NCBI GenBank assembly: GCA_965223905.1
Contig: CBDCXV010000010.1
Location: forward strand, 224,001 to 288,000
Source of the DNA: Candidatus Latescibacterota bacterium
GTDB taxonomy: Bacteria > Latescibacterota > UBA2968 > UBA8231
Length of the DNA: 64,000 nucleotides
Direction of reading: 5' to 3'
Shown here one piece after another: positions 51,519-62,619 of this stretch. A program made the translations under genes and the position numbers. The notes below the pieces were generated by a model. The model saw nothing but the letters and a program-made list of their open reading frames with translations, searched no databases and was not told where the DNA came from. How positions within the stretch are numbered: the first letter of the stretch is position 1; every line of letters starts with the position of its first letter.

Positions 51519-52460
51519 TCACTCCGGGAAGCGGTCGATGCTGGAAAGGGCGTGCGCGAGGCGCCGCCGCAGGGCCGCGACCCTCTCCTCGTCCCACTCG
51601 TAAAACCCCTTTCCCGACTTCACCCCGAAATCTCCGCGGGCAACCATCTCCTTCAGCACCGGGAAATTCTCCGGGCTGTTGTCGAGGTCCGGGAACAGCT
51701 CGTCGATGATGTGGGAGATGGTGTCCCAGCCGGCGAAGTCGAAGACCTCGAGGGGGCCGGCGACCGCGAGGCGGCGGCCGAAGCTGGTCCTGACGACGGC
51801 GTCGACGTCCTCGGGTGTGGCGATCCCCTGGTCGACGATGGCCAGGGCTTCGCGCAGCAGCGCGAACTGCATGCGGTTGCCGATGAATCCCAGCGACTCC
51901 TTCTGCAGCACGATCGGGCGCTTGCCCGCGGCCTCCAGAAAGCCGCAGAGGACGGCGATGGTCTCGTCGCTCGTCTCGGGGCCGCGCACCACCTCGACAA
52001 GGGGCACCAGGTAGGCCGGGTTCCACCAGTTGGCGACCACCACCCGGTCCGGCCTCCGGGTCGAGGGGGCGAGCTGGCTGGTCATATACGAGGAGGTGTT
52101 GCTAGCCAGCACCGCCTGCGGCGGGCAGCAGCGGTCGAGGTCGGCGAACACCTGCTGCTTGAGCGCGAGGTCCTCGTACACCGCCTCGACGACAAGGGCC
52201 GCCTCGGCGGTGGCCTCGGGCAGCGAGGTGGTCGTGCGGATGCGCCCGGGAGCCGCCGCGGCCGCGGTCTCGTCGACGATACCCTGGTGCCGCAGGGTAT
52301 CGAGCGCGGCCCGTATGTCGGCGAGGGCCTTTTCAAGCTGCTCCCCGGAGGTGTCGTGGAGCGCCACCTCGAAGCCGGCCACGGCGAACTGCAGGGCGAT
52401 GCCGTGGCCCATCAGCCCGGCGCCGATGACGCTGACGTTCCCTGCTTCTTCAACTTTCAT
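51519..52460 (-). CDS. 3-hydroxyacyl-CoA dehydrogenase family protein
   Basis: GAGLMG, EAVYEDL..K, SNTS, GFIGNR and KSGKGFY motifs. Confidence 0.92.
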   Translation of the reverse strand: MKVEEAGNVSVIGAGLMGHGIALQFAVAGFEVALHDTSGEQLEKALADIRAALDTLRHQGIVDETAAAAAPGRIRTTTSLPEATAEAALVVEAVYEDLALKQQVFADLDRCCPPQAVLASNTSSYMTSQLAPSTRRPDRVVVANWWNPAYLVPLVEVVRGPETSDETIAVLCGFLEAAGKRPIVLQKESLGFIGNRMQFALLREALAIVDQGIATPEDVDAVVRTSFGRRLAVAGPLEVFDFAGWDTISHIIDELFPDLDNSPENFPVLKEMVARGDFGVKSGKGFYEWDEERVAALRRRLAHALSSIDRFPE

Positions 52461-53248
52461 CGATTGACGTCCCTCACTGTGTCTGTGCCCCCGCTCGGCG
52501 ACCGCCTCGCCCGCGCAGTACGACGGAGACCTGATGCGCTGACCGCGTTGCCTTCTCCAACCGCCCCCTCTCTATCCCTTGCCCTGAAGATCGTCGGGGC
52601 TCGTCGTTCCCCCGCTTCCGCAACCCATCCCGGGAAATTCGGTCAGGCTGCGATTTCGCCAAAATGCCAACCTTTCAGGGCCCCGACGGCCACCCAGCGC
52701 ACGAAGCAGGGCTGAAAGAGGTCGTCGGTCACCTTGACCTGCCGATCGCGGTGGGTGTGCATGGTCCGCCGCGGGTCGTCGTGGGGACACGGTCGAGCTC
52801 GTGGCCGGTGATCCCGAGCAAGGTGTCCTGCGTCCACAGGGTTATGGTGATACGTCCCCGGATGCGGTATCGCGGGGACCGGCACAGGAGAGCGGCCCTG
52901 CCACGGCGCGGAGGACGAGAAGCCGCGCATGGCTGGCGGCGCTGCCAACGGAGGTTGTAATTAGCCGCTCTTTGGTTGACTGAACGGGGACATCTGTCCT
53001 GTCCGGCAAGTACCCGGCGCCGGGGGTTGCATCTTCCGCGCTTCCTCGCGGAACCGGCGAGTTCCAGGGCCAGAATCGGGGACAGGGAACCTGAAGAAAG
53101 CCTCGAAACGACGCGGTGTCGGACGAGGCCGAAGGGCTGAACTCCACTGCGACAAAGGGCGGTCTTCCCATTACCCGGCCCCGTGGAGCCGCGGCGTTGT
53201 CCCTACCCTGTTTCCGGGACCGGCACCTGAAGATAGCGAGGCGAGGTC

Positions 53249-53929
53249 ATGCCGGAGGTGAAGGAGCTGAGGTTCACGGCTCACGAGCAGAAGGGGGAGG
53301 TCTCCGCACTGTACCTCCGGCCCAGCGGTGCCGCGGCCCTGCTGGTGCTGGGGCACGGGGCCGGCACCAACATGCGCCACCGCTTCATGGAGGAGCTGGC
53401 GCAGGCCCTGGCGGCTGCCGGGGCGGCGACCTTCCGCTACAACTACCCGTACTCGGAAAAGGGGGGCGGCGGCATGGATGGCGAGAAGGTGCGCCTCGCC
53501 ACGGTGCGCGCCGCGGTGGCCGCGGCCGCCAGGCAGGCCCGCGGCCTTCCCCTGTTCGCCGGCGGACACTCCATGAGCGGGCGCATGACCTCGATGGCCG
53601 ACGCGCAGGAGCAGCTCGATGGCCTGCGCGGAATCCTCTTCTTCGCCTTCCCCCTGCACCCGGCGGGCAAGCCGGGAAGCGAGCGCGCCGCCCACCTCGA
53701 CAAGGTGACCGTGCCGATGCTTTTCCTCTCCGGCCCGCGCGACGCGCTGGCCGAGCTCACCCTGCTGGAGGCGGCCGTGAAGAAGCTCGGCGAGCGCGCG
53801 AGCCTCCACCTCGTCGACACCGCGGACCATGGCTTCAAGGTGAGGAAGCGCGGCCGCTCCTCGACCGAGCCGGTGATGGAGGAACTGGCGCGGGTGGCGG
53901 CCTCGTGGATGAAGCAGCAGAGCGCCTGA
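53249..53929 (+). CDS. Alpha/beta hydrolase family protein
   Basis: HGAG, GGHSMSGR, FPLHP and ADHGF motifs. Confidence 0.88.
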   Translation: MPEVKELRFTAHEQKGEVSALYLRPSGAAALLVLGHGAGTNMRHRFMEELAQALAAAGAATFRYNYPYSEKGGGGMDGEKVRLATVRAAVAAAARQARGLPLFAGGHSMSGRMTSMADAQEQLDGLRGILFFAFPLHPAGKPGSERAAHLDKVTVPMLFLSGPRDALAELTLLEAAVKKLGERASLHLVDTADHGFKVRKRGRSSTEPVMEELARVAASWMKQQSA

Positions 53930-54035
53930 AGCGGCTGGCGGACCCGGACCTGCGTTCCGCCCTCGGATCGGCAGACCGGCAAATGGGTGTTCACCGCCGA
54001 TCGCCCACACTTACCGAAACCGAAAGGATAACGAT

Positions 54036-55187
54036 ATGAAGACCTATCGCGTCGGCATTCTGGGTTGCCGCGGCCGGGGTACCGCGGCCGCCCGGGCCTA
54101 CCACGCCCACCCCCGCACGGAAGTCGTGGCCCTGTGCGATCTCAAGCCGGAGCTGCTCGAAACCCTCGGTGAAGAGCTCGGGGTATCCCCCCGCTTCACC
54201 GATCTCGACGAGATGATCCGGCAGAGCCAACCCGACATCGTGGCGATTCCGACCGCCACCGAGTTCCATTTCGACCTCTGCATGCGGGTGCTGGAGCACG
54301 GGGTGCACATCGAGGTGGAGAAGCCGATCTGCGTCGACCTCGAGCAGGCGGACGCGGTGCTGGCGAAGGCCGGGGCGAAGGGGGTGCGCACCGCCGTCCA
54401 CCACCAGGGGCGGACCGGGCCCGCCATGCAGGCGATGGCCCGGGCCCTGCGCGAGGGTCGCATCGGCACCCTCCGCCACATCGTCGCCAGCGGCAAGGGG
54501 TACTACGGCGGCTACGGGCTGATGAACATCGGCACCCACCTGCTGAACGGAGTCCTCGAGCTGGCCGGGCCCTGCCGGCGGGTGACCGCAAGCGCCCTGA
54601 CGGACGGCCGCCCGATCTCCCCCGGGGACGTGGTGCCCTCCCCCAGCGGCATGGGGACGATCGCCGGAGAGCACATCACCGCGGTCCTGGAGTTCGAGGG
54701 GAACACGACGGTCTCGCTCCTGCAGCAGCGGTTTCCTGCCGTCGATTCGACGGCCTACGGGCTGGAGGTGTACGGCACCGAGGGACGGATGTTCTGGAAG
54801 AGCACGGGGGCCTGGTGGCTGCCGGTGCCCCACTTGGTGCCCGGGCAGGACAGTGGATGGGAGCCGCTGGAGCTGGAGCACCCCGACCACTTCGATCCGG
54901 AGAAGTCGTCGGCCGAGGATTACGCCTTCACCGGCGAGTACGTGCGCGCCCTCGACGAGGGGCGGGAGCACCTGTGCAGCGGGTCCGAGGGCCGGCACGT
55001 GCTGGAGATGCTGATGGGGATCTTCGAATCGGCGGCCTACGGAAGGCCGGTGGACCTGCCCCAGCAGGGGCGGGACCATCCGCTGCGGCGCTGGCGCGCC
55101 GAGGCCGGGTTGGAGCCGCCGGCGCCGATGCCGCGGCTCTACTGGGATTGGCTCGCCGCGGAAGACAGGCGCCTGGGCAGAGGCTGA
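54036..55187 (+). CDS. Gfo/Idh/MocA family oxidoreductase
   Basis: GILGCRGRG, VEKP and NIGTH motifs. Confidence 0.88.
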   Translation: MKTYRVGILGCRGRGTAAARAYHAHPRTEVVALCDLKPELLETLGEELGVSPRFTDLDEMIRQSQPDIVAIPTATEFHFDLCMRVLEHGVHIEVEKPICVDLEQADAVLAKAGAKGVRTAVHHQGRTGPAMQAMARALREGRIGTLRHIVASGKGYYGGYGLMNIGTHLLNGVLELAGPCRRVTASALTDGRPISPGDVVPSPSGMGTIAGEHITAVLEFEGNTTVSLLQQRFPAVDSTAYGLEVYGTEGRMFWKSTGAWWLPVPHLVPGQDSGWEPLELEHPDHFDPEKSSAEDYAFTGEYVRALDEGREHLCSGSEGRHVLEMLMGIFESAAYGRPVDLPQQGRDHPLRRWRAEAGLEPPAPMPRLYWDWLAAEDRRLGRG

Positions 55188-55380
55188 GGAGAGCCGGCCT
55201 ACCCAGCAGTGCCGGGGTAAAGGGCGCTCCGGGGCGGTGCTGCCTCTCAGTTTGCGACACGCCTCGGAAGCACCGTTCCCTTGCCGTTCGGCCAGGGGAC
55301 CGGGCCGGCACTATGGGGGCCGGTGGTGCGTGAGCCTGGCCCGCTTGGAAGTGCTTGTCCCCAGGTGAACAGCCGCCGGA

Positions 55381-56652
55381 TCAGCCTGAGGCGTCTGCGG
55401 GGACGTCCACTCCCGTCTCCCCTTCCGAGCGCGCGATGATGGCGGCGCCGCAGGAATCGCTGAAGACGTTGACCATGGTGCGGAACATGTCGAGCGGCCG
55501 GTCGATCGCCAGCATGAAGCCGACGATGAGATCGACGTTCGGTCCGCGGAGGCCCACCGACTCCAGCACGATGAAGATGATCACCAGGCCTGCCGACGGC
55601 ACCGCGGCGGCCCCGATGGAGGCGAGCAGCGCGGTCAGGACCACGATGGCCTGCTGGCCGAAGGCGAGGTCCGCCCCCAGGGCCTGGGCGATGAACAGCA
55701 CCCCGACGCACTCGAAGAGCGCGGTCCCGTCCATGTTGACCGTGGCCCCCATCGGCAGCACGAACGACGCCGTGCGGTTGGAGACGCCGACCTTGCTCTG
55801 AACCGTCCTCATGGTCACCGGCAGAGTGGCCCCCGACGAGCTCGTCGAGAAGGCCACGACCAGCGGGTCGATCATGTTGCGGAAGTGGATGCCCGGGCGG
55901 ATGCGCCCCAGCAGCAGGAGCAGCAGCGGCAGGGTGACCAGGATGTGGATGGTCAGGCCGGTGGCTATGGTGGCGCAGTATTTGGCCAGGGGCCCGAAGG
56001 CCCCGAGGCCGAACTTGGCCACCGCCGCGGTCATCAGCCCGAAAACCCCGAGCGGCAGGAAGCGGATGATGCCTCTCGTCAGCGCCATCATCACCTCGAA
56101 GGCCGCTCCGAAGAAGCCGGCCAGCAGCTCCTGGTGCGGGGACCGCAGGCTGGCGATCGCGATTCCCAGCAGGATCGAGAAGAAGATCACCGCCAGCATG
56201 TCCCCCTGGGCCGCGGCGGCGAGGAAGTTCTGCGGAACGATGTCGAGCAGCAGCTCGACCGGGGAGCCCGGGGTCTCCAGCTCCGGAAGCGCCGCCCCCT
56301 CGGCGGCCCCGAGATCCGCACCGGCTCCCGGGCGGATGAGGTTGACGAGGGCAAGGCCGGCGAAGATCGCCAGGGCGCTCGACAGCACGTAGTACCCCAG
56401 GGTCTTGCCGAACAGCCGCCCCAGGACGCGCCCCCCTCCTACCGAGGCGATGCCGCTGACGATGGAGGCGATCACGAGCGGGATGATGACCATGCGCAGC
56501 AGCCGCATGAACAGGGTGCCGAGCCAGCCCACCCAGGCCGCGGCGGTTTCGCCGCCCAGAAGGCCGGCGGCTACTCCCACGACCATCGCGACGAGCACCT
56601 GCCAGTGAAGTTGCCGGTACCACGAGAGGGTGATGTTCCTGTTTTCGGTCAT
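55381..56652 (-). CDS. Dicarboxylate/amino acid:cation symporter (DAACS)
   Basis: FSTSSS, ATVNMDG and DRPLDMFRT..NV..D motifs; many TM segments. Confidence 0.93.
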   Translation of the reverse strand: MTENRNITLSWYRQLHWQVLVAMVVGVAAGLLGGETAAAWVGWLGTLFMRLLRMVIIPLVIASIVSGIASVGGGRVLGRLFGKTLGYYVLSSALAIFAGLALVNLIRPGAGADLGAAEGAALPELETPGSPVELLLDIVPQNFLAAAAQGDMLAVIFFSILLGIAIASLRSPHQELLAGFFGAAFEVMMALTRGIIRFLPLGVFGLMTAAVAKFGLGAFGPLAKYCATIATGLTIHILVTLPLLLLLLGRIRPGIHFRNMIDPLVVAFSTSSSGATLPVTMRTVQSKVGVSNRTASFVLPMGATVNMDGTALFECVGVLFIAQALGADLAFGQQAIVVLTALLASIGAAAVPSAGLVIIFIVLESVGLRGPNVDLIVGFMLAIDRPLDMFRTMVNVFSDSCGAAIIARSEGETGVDVPADASG

Positions 56653-56789
56653 ATCGATTGTCCCCGGGGTATCAGTGCGGTTTTCGGCGCCGGTCCATAT
56701 TCCGGTCCATATTATAGTTGAGCATTGACCCTCCATTCAGCAGAAAGAGCCGGCCTTCCCTGCCGGCGCTCCGGAGGTGCCGAATCCTC

Positions 56790-56969
56790 ATGAACGAAGC
56801 CTCGGCGCGCATCAAGATCAACAAGCTGCTCGAAGCAGCCGGATGGCGTTTCTTCGCCGAGGGAGACAACCCCGCCAACATCCGCCTCGAACCGAGCGTC
56901 ACGATCGCACCATCCGACCTCGACGCGCTGGGCCGCGGCACGCTGACGCCGGACGACAAGGGCGGCTGA
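56790..56969 (+). pseudogene. Type I restriction HsdR-like N-terminal remnant
   Basis: NEASARIKINKLLEAAGWRF...NIRLE, truncated after ~50 codons. Confidence 0.6.
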
Positions 56970-57009
56970 TGGTTACTCGCACCCCGCAGCAGGCCCGGCG
57001 GGGATACCG

Positions 57010-59319
57010 ATGCCGGTAGACGCCGAGACCCTGTTTTGCGCCGTGGTGCCGCCGCGGGTTCGGCGCGAATTGGCCGGGGCGGTTGCCCTCGACGAGGAGA
57101 TCCGCCTGGCGGTGGCCACTGATATCAAGCTCGACGGCCAGTACGGCGAGGCCTGGCTGTTGGCCACCGGCGACCAGCTGGTGGCCTTCAGCCCCGACGG
57201 CCGCGGATCTCCCACCATCGTCCGTCTTCCCCTGGGGGAAATAAACGGGGTGGAGGTGCGCGAGGATTGGGGCACCGCGGCCCTCAAGGTCCGCACCGGG
57301 GAGCAGGGCGCCACCATGGCCGTGTTCTCCAAGAGCCTGGTGCCGGCCTTGTCCGAATTGCCCGGTCGCCTGGAGAAGCTGGTCGAGGAAGCACGCCCTG
57401 CGGCCGCGGCGGGGCAGTTGCTCAAGGGCCGCCTGGCCGGGGCGCGCGGCGGGCGCAAGCGCTGCGACCGCTGCGGTCAGGTCATTCCGCGCCACTACGG
57501 CATCTGCCCGGCCTGCCTGGAAAAGGGCAAGCTGCTGTTCCGGCTGCTGGGCTATGCCAGGCCGCACTGGAAGGCGATCGCCGCGAGCCTGTTGCTCATG
57601 GTGGCCGGCACCACCATCGGTTTGAGTCAGCCGCTGCTCCAGGGCATCCTCATCGACGGAGTCCTCGACGGCGGCGCCGGGGTGTCGGACTTCGATATTC
57701 CCGGGTTCTCGCCCCTGTCCGGGGAAAACCCGCGGGCCGCCCTGGGCTGGCTGGTGGTCTTGCTCCTGCTCGTTTTTGTCTCCCGCAGCGGACTGTCGGC
57801 CCTGCGCGGCTATATCATGGCCCGCATCGGCCAACGGGTCACCTACGGCCTGCGCAACGAGGTCTATACCCATCTCCATGCGCTTTCGCTCAGTTATTAC
57901 AACAAAAACGAAACCGGGCGGATCATGGCCAGCGTCACCCAGGACGTGGGCCGCCTGCAGGACTTTATCAGCGACGGCTTGCAGGAAGCCATCCGCGACG
58001 TTCTCACCCTGGTCATCATTTGTATCATCCTCTTTGCGCTCAATCCCGGCCTGGCGGCCCTGGTGTTGCTTCCCACCCCCTTGCTGGTGCTGGCGACGCT
58101 GCGCTTCGGACGGCGGCTGCACGCCATGTACCGGCCCTTGTGGCGCCGGTGGGCGGGTGTAAGCGCCCTGCTCGCCGATACCATCCCGGGGGTGCGGGTG
58201 GTAAAGGCTTTTGCCCAGGAACAGCGGGAAGTGGGCAAATTCGAGACCCACAGCCTCGCCCTGCTCCGGGGCGAGCTCAAGGTGGCCTGGATGCGCAGTC
58301 TGTTCAGCCCGGTCATGACGTTCATAACCTCCATCGGCACGCTCGTTATCTGGTGGGTCGGAGGCCACAAGGTGTTGGACGGGGAGTTGCCTTTGTGGGC
58401 ATTTGTCGCCTTTACCGGGTACATGTGGCAATTCTACGGTCCGGTGGAAACCCTGTGCCGTCTCAACCATCGCTTCCAGCGCGCCGCCACCTCGGCCGAG
58501 CGCGTCTTTGAAGTGCTCGACACTCATCCGGAGGTGATCGACCAGCCCGGGGCTATGACCATGCCGCCCATCGAGGGCCGGGTCGAATTCCGTGGCGTGC
58601 ATTTCGGCTATGAAGAAGACAAGCCGGTCATTGAAGATTTGAATTTCGTGGTCGAACCGGGCGAAATGATCGGCCTGGCCGGCCACAGCGGCGCCGGCAA
58701 GAGCACCTTGATCAATCTCATCGGCCGCTTCTACGAGCCGCAGGAGGGGGCCGTCCTCATCGACGGCCGCGACACCCGCGCCGTGGCGCTCAAGTCGCTG
58801 CGCGAGCAGATCGGCGTGGTCCTGCAGGATCCCTTCCTGTTCAACGGCTCGGTGGCCGAGAACATTGCCTACGGCCATCCCGAAGCCTCACTCGAACAGA
58901 TCGTGGCCGCGGCCAAGGCGGCCAATGCGCACGACTTCACCATGGACATGGCCGACGGGTACGATACCCTGGTGGGCGAGCGCGGCACCCGCGTATCGGG
59001 GGGCGAGCGGCAGCGACTGTCCATTGCCCGGGCCATTCTGCGCGACCCGCGCATTCTCATCCTCGACGAAGCCACCTCCAACGTCGATACCCAGACCGAA
59101 GCGCAGATCCAGGAGGCTTTGGAGCGGCTCGTCAAGGGGCGCACCACCTTTGCCATCGCCCATCGCCTGTCGACCCTCAAGAACGCCCACCGCCTGCTCA
59201 TTCTCGAGCAGGGCAGGCTGGCCGAGATGGGAACCCACGACGAGCTGATTGCACGGGACGGCATCTACGCCAATCTGTGCCGCATGCAGACTGAAATGTC
59301 CAGACTGAGGGCCTGGTAA
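57010..59319 (+). CDS. ABC exporter (fused permease + ATPase) with N-terminal extension and CxxC...CxxC motif
   Basis: GHSGAGKST, SGGERQR, LDEAT and IAHRL; TM domain; CDRC...CPAC. Confidence 0.92.
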   Translation: MPVDAETLFCAVVPPRVRRELAGAVALDEEIRLAVATDIKLDGQYGEAWLLATGDQLVAFSPDGRGSPTIVRLPLGEINGVEVREDWGTAALKVRTGEQGATMAVFSKSLVPALSELPGRLEKLVEEARPAAAAGQLLKGRLAGARGGRKRCDRCGQVIPRHYGICPACLEKGKLLFRLLGYARPHWKAIAASLLLMVAGTTIGLSQPLLQGILIDGVLDGGAGVSDFDIPGFSPLSGENPRAALGWLVVLLLLVFVSRSGLSALRGYIMARIGQRVTYGLRNEVYTHLHALSLSYYNKNETGRIMASVTQDVGRLQDFISDGLQEAIRDVLTLVIICIILFALNPGLAALVLLPTPLLVLATLRFGRRLHAMYRPLWRRWAGVSALLADTIPGVRVVKAFAQEQREVGKFETHSLALLRGELKVAWMRSLFSPVMTFITSIGTLVIWWVGGHKVLDGELPLWAFVAFTGYMWQFYGPVETLCRLNHRFQRAATSAERVFEVLDTHPEVIDQPGAMTMPPIEGRVEFRGVHFGYEEDKPVIEDLNFVVEPGEMIGLAGHSGAGKSTLINLIGRFYEPQEGAVLIDGRDTRAVALKSLREQIGVVLQDPFLFNGSVAENIAYGHPEASLEQIVAAAKAANAHDFTMDMADGYDTLVGERGTRVSGGERQRLSIARAILRDPRILILDEATSNVDTQTEAQIQEALERLVKGRTTFAIAHRLSTLKNAHRLLILEQGRLAEMGTHDELIARDGIYANLCRMQTEMSRLRAW

Positions 59320-59322
59320 CCC

Positions 59323-59839
59323 ATGCAACAGCGCTATGGTTTAACCGATGAAGTGACCTATCTCGACCCGGACAAGGCGCGGTTTTTCATCGACGCCTTC
59401 GAAGACCTGAACCTGGAGCTGGCCGGGGGTGGGACCTATGCCGGGGTCCGGGTCAAGCGGGCTTTTCCGCTGACCCGCGATGACTGCTTTATCGTCGTCC
59501 AGGACCGCGAGGGCGGGGAAATCGGCTCGTTGGCCCGGCTCGACGAGCTGGACCGGGCCAGCCGCCAGGTGGTGGAAGGAGAGTTGGAGCGCGCTTATTT
59601 CACCCCGCGCATCCAGCGCATCACCAAGGTGACAGTGGCCTACCGGGTGCCGCGCTGGGAGGTGGAGACCGACCGCGGGCCCCGCGCCTTTGAAATCTAT
59701 TCCAGCCGGCGCGATATCCGCCATCTGGGCGGCGGGCGGGTACTGGTGCAGGACGCAACCGACGGCAACCGCCTACGAGATTCCCGACTACCGGCGCCTG
59801 GAGCCGGCCAGTCGGGCCCTGGTCGAGGAAATGGTGTGA
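59323..59839 (+). CDS. DUF1854-like protein (frameshifted near 59760)
   Basis: RAFPLT, EIG, YFTPRI..I, WEVETDRG and DGNRYEIPD once frames are joined. Confidence 0.75.
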
Positions 59840-60132
59840 CAGGTGAGTTTCGACTACCTGCGAAATTTGACGCGTCCGCCGGCAGCAGGGCCGTTCCCTT
59901 CCCCAAAAGCAGGAATCCCACCCGGTCCTGGTCGCTGTCGTTGCTGCCGCTTCCACTGGATCGCCGCCCCGCCCTCTCGGGCCCGAGCGAACTGAGATCA
60001 TGAACGAGCAAACTGGCGGCGTGCAGGCTGCCCCCCACCTTCTTCGCCGACTCCGGCCGAGTATCGCCTCCGAGGTAGGGGACCCGCGACGTTGAGGACT
60101 CGGCGACAACCTGCTGCGCTTCAATCAGGCAC

Positions 60133-60314
60133 CCCTGGTGGGAAGGAGAGGCCATGCCGCCGCAGCCGGCGACCCGCCGGCACCTGCCGTGGACCATGAG
60201 CGAGACCTTCTTCTCCGACTCCGGCCTCCCGCCCGCCCTCGGCGACAACCCTGCGTTTCAATCCCTGGTGGGAAGGAGAGGCCATGCCGCCGCCGCCGGC
60301 GACTCGCCGGCACC
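60133..60314 (+). repeat. 52-bp direct repeat from duplication of the ATPase gene 5' end
   Basis: CCCTGGTGGGAAGGAGAGGCCATGCCGCCGC... at 60133-60184 and 60263-60314. Confidence 0.85.
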
Positions 60315-61681
60315 CAGATGCGAGGCGCCTCGATTCCGGGATCGCTGTCGTCGTCGTCCGGGGACCGCGCCAGATCGGCAAGACCACGGCGCAGTTCCAG
60401 ATGATCCAGGACCTGCTCGACGAGGGGGTGAACCCGAGGCGGATCCTTCGCGTCCAGTTCGACGACCTCGAGACCCTGGGCAGGTTGCCGGAACCGATCC
60501 TGCGCATTTCGGACTGGTTCGAACGCCGCGTTGCGCCGAAGCGCTTCAACAGCCTGGCCAGCGACGGCGAGCCCGCCTACCTGTTTTTCGACGAGATCCA
60601 GAACCTGAAACGCTGGGACGTGCAGTTGAAGTCGCTGGTCGACAACGCTTCGGTCAGGGTGGTGGTCACCGGAAGCTCGGCTCTGCGCATCGAGCTGGGG
60701 CGCGACTCTCTCGCCGGCCGCATCAATACGATCGAGGCTGGGGTTCTGTCTCTCACCGAGATCGGCGCCCTGCGCGGCCTGGGACCGCCGGCCCCCTTCC
60801 TCCGGGACAACGGCCTGGCGGACCTTCTGCAGAAGGGGTTCTGGGCCGGCCTGCGGGAATACGGGATCGACCATGGGGGATTCCGCGAGGAGGCTTTCCT
60901 TCATTTCTCCGAACGCGGCGGCTATCCCCTGGTCCATCGCGAGAAGGACATGGAATTCGCCCAGCTCTCGGATCAACTGAACGAGACGGTGATCAAGAGG
61001 GTCGTTCAGCACGATCTGCGCACCGGGGAGCGGGGCCGCAAGCGGGACGGGAATCTGCTGGAGGAACTGTTCCGGCTGGTCTGCCGCTACGCCGGTCAAA
61101 CACCGAGGACGGCCACCCTGGCCGAAGAAGCCCGGCTGTCGCTGGGTGCGAACATCGGCCCCCATCGCGTCACCCAGTACCTGAAATTCCTCGGCGATAC
61201 GCTCCTGCTGCGCCTCGTGCCCCCTTTGGAGATTCGGCTGAAGCGCCGGCGGGGCAGTCCGAAGCTCTGCCTGGTCGACCACGGGCTCAGGGCGAGCTGG
61301 CTTCAGGAGCGGATCCCCCTGGTGCCGGGGCTGCTTGCGCAGCGCCCCGAGCTCACCACCATGGCCGGCCACCTGGCGGAGTCTGTTTTCGGCTCGGTGG
61401 CAGCGACGATCCACGGCCTCGACATCGCCCATTTTCCCCCGCGAGGCACCGACCAGGAGGTCGACTTCGTTCTGACTGTCGGCAGCACCCGTATCCCGGT
61501 GGAGATCAAGTACCAGAGACGGATCGATTCCTTCCGGGACACCCTGGGCCTGCGCTCCTTCCTGGAAAAATCGGTGAACAACGCCCCGTTCGGGATTCTC
61601 GTTACCCAGGACAACTCCGGAACGGTCGACGATCCGCGCATCGTCAGCCTGCCGTTGTCGACCTTCATGATGCTCCGCTGA
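60196..61681 (+). CDS. AAA_14-type ATPase with C-terminal DUF4143 domain (5' end frameshifted)
   Basis: NPWW, GPRQIGKT, FDEIQ, TGSS, GGYP and EVDFV...VEIK motifs. Confidence 0.85.
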
Positions 61682-61791
61682 ACCGCGGCCCCCGCGGCGA
61701 GGCGCCTGCTCGCTACCGGCAGCGCCGCCCGGCCGCGGGCCCGCCAAGGGTTCGCCCGGGACATCACGGCACTTCATTTGAGAGGAAGGGC

Positions 61792-62442
61792 ATGCCCTAT
61801 ACCGTCTATTTCGCCGGCGACCTGTTCGACCACAAGCACCTCATCGGCAACGCCCTCCTCGCCGAGGCGATCGCGCGCCATTCCGACCGCCGCTACACCT
61901 GCGTCACCCCGCAGGACCTCGAGCAGTCCACGGGGCGGGCAGCGGACATCCGCAACCAGGACCTCAAGCAGGTGATGGCCTGCGACCTCGGGCTGTTCAA
62001 CTTCGACGGCACCGACCTCGACTCCGGCACGGTGGTCGAGTTCATGATGGCGAAGTTCCTCGACATTCCCGCGGTGGTTCTGCGCTCGGACTTCCGCTCC
62101 TCCGGGGACCAGGACAAGGACGGCGACGACTGGAACCTGATGTGCTCCTTCTACCCGCGCGTGCGCCAGGTCCGGTTCAACGCCATGGCCTGGTACCAGG
62201 AGGCGCGCGCCGGCGCCGCGGACACCGGCGACTGCCCGGGCCGCCTGTACGCGCGGGTCGCCGCCGCGGTCATCGAGCAGCTGGACGCCGTCCGCGCCGA
62301 GCCGCCCGTGATCGATAGCGGCCGGCAGCAGGAGCTGTACCGCTGGGCGACGCGCTTTCCCGGAGGGGGCTTCGAGGCAGCCTGCGGCCCCGGTTTCGCC
62401 GAAGAGGTGATCGAGTCCAAGCGCCGCAAGGGGCTGCTCTGA
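61792..62442 (+). CDS. Nucleoside 2-deoxyribosyltransferase family protein
   Basis: VYFAGDLF, PQD, DSGTVVE, SDFR and NLM motifs. Confidence 0.88.
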   Translation: MPYTVYFAGDLFDHKHLIGNALLAEAIARHSDRRYTCVTPQDLEQSTGRAADIRNQDLKQVMACDLGLFNFDGTDLDSGTVVEFMMAKFLDIPAVVLRSDFRSSGDQDKDGDDWNLMCSFYPRVRQVRFNAMAWYQEARAGAADTGDCPGRLYARVAAAVIEQLDAVRAEPPVIDSGRQQELYRWATRFPGGGFEAACGPGFAEEVIESKRRKGLL

Positions 62443-62556
62443 GGGCTGTCTCCCCCCGCCCGGAGATGCCGTTGAAATCGGCCGGGTCCCCAGGTCCCCG
62501 GCCGGAGTTTCTCCGGGCCATTCTTGCATATAAATCAAACAAATCAATTTTTTCCA

Positions 62557-62584
62557 TTGATAATTTCATATTTCTTAATATAAT
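62557..62584 (+). promoter_or_regulatory. Sigma70-like promoter
   Basis: TTGATA-16 nt-TATAAT in an AT-rich tract, followed by AGGAGG at 62608. Confidence 0.7.
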
Positions 62585-62619
62585 TAACGGTACCTATTTG
62601 AATTTTCAGGAGGTTTGAT

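Noticed and set aside
52470-53240. Possible gene remnants in a long spacer
   Set aside because: The short fragments could not be tied to any family I recognise.
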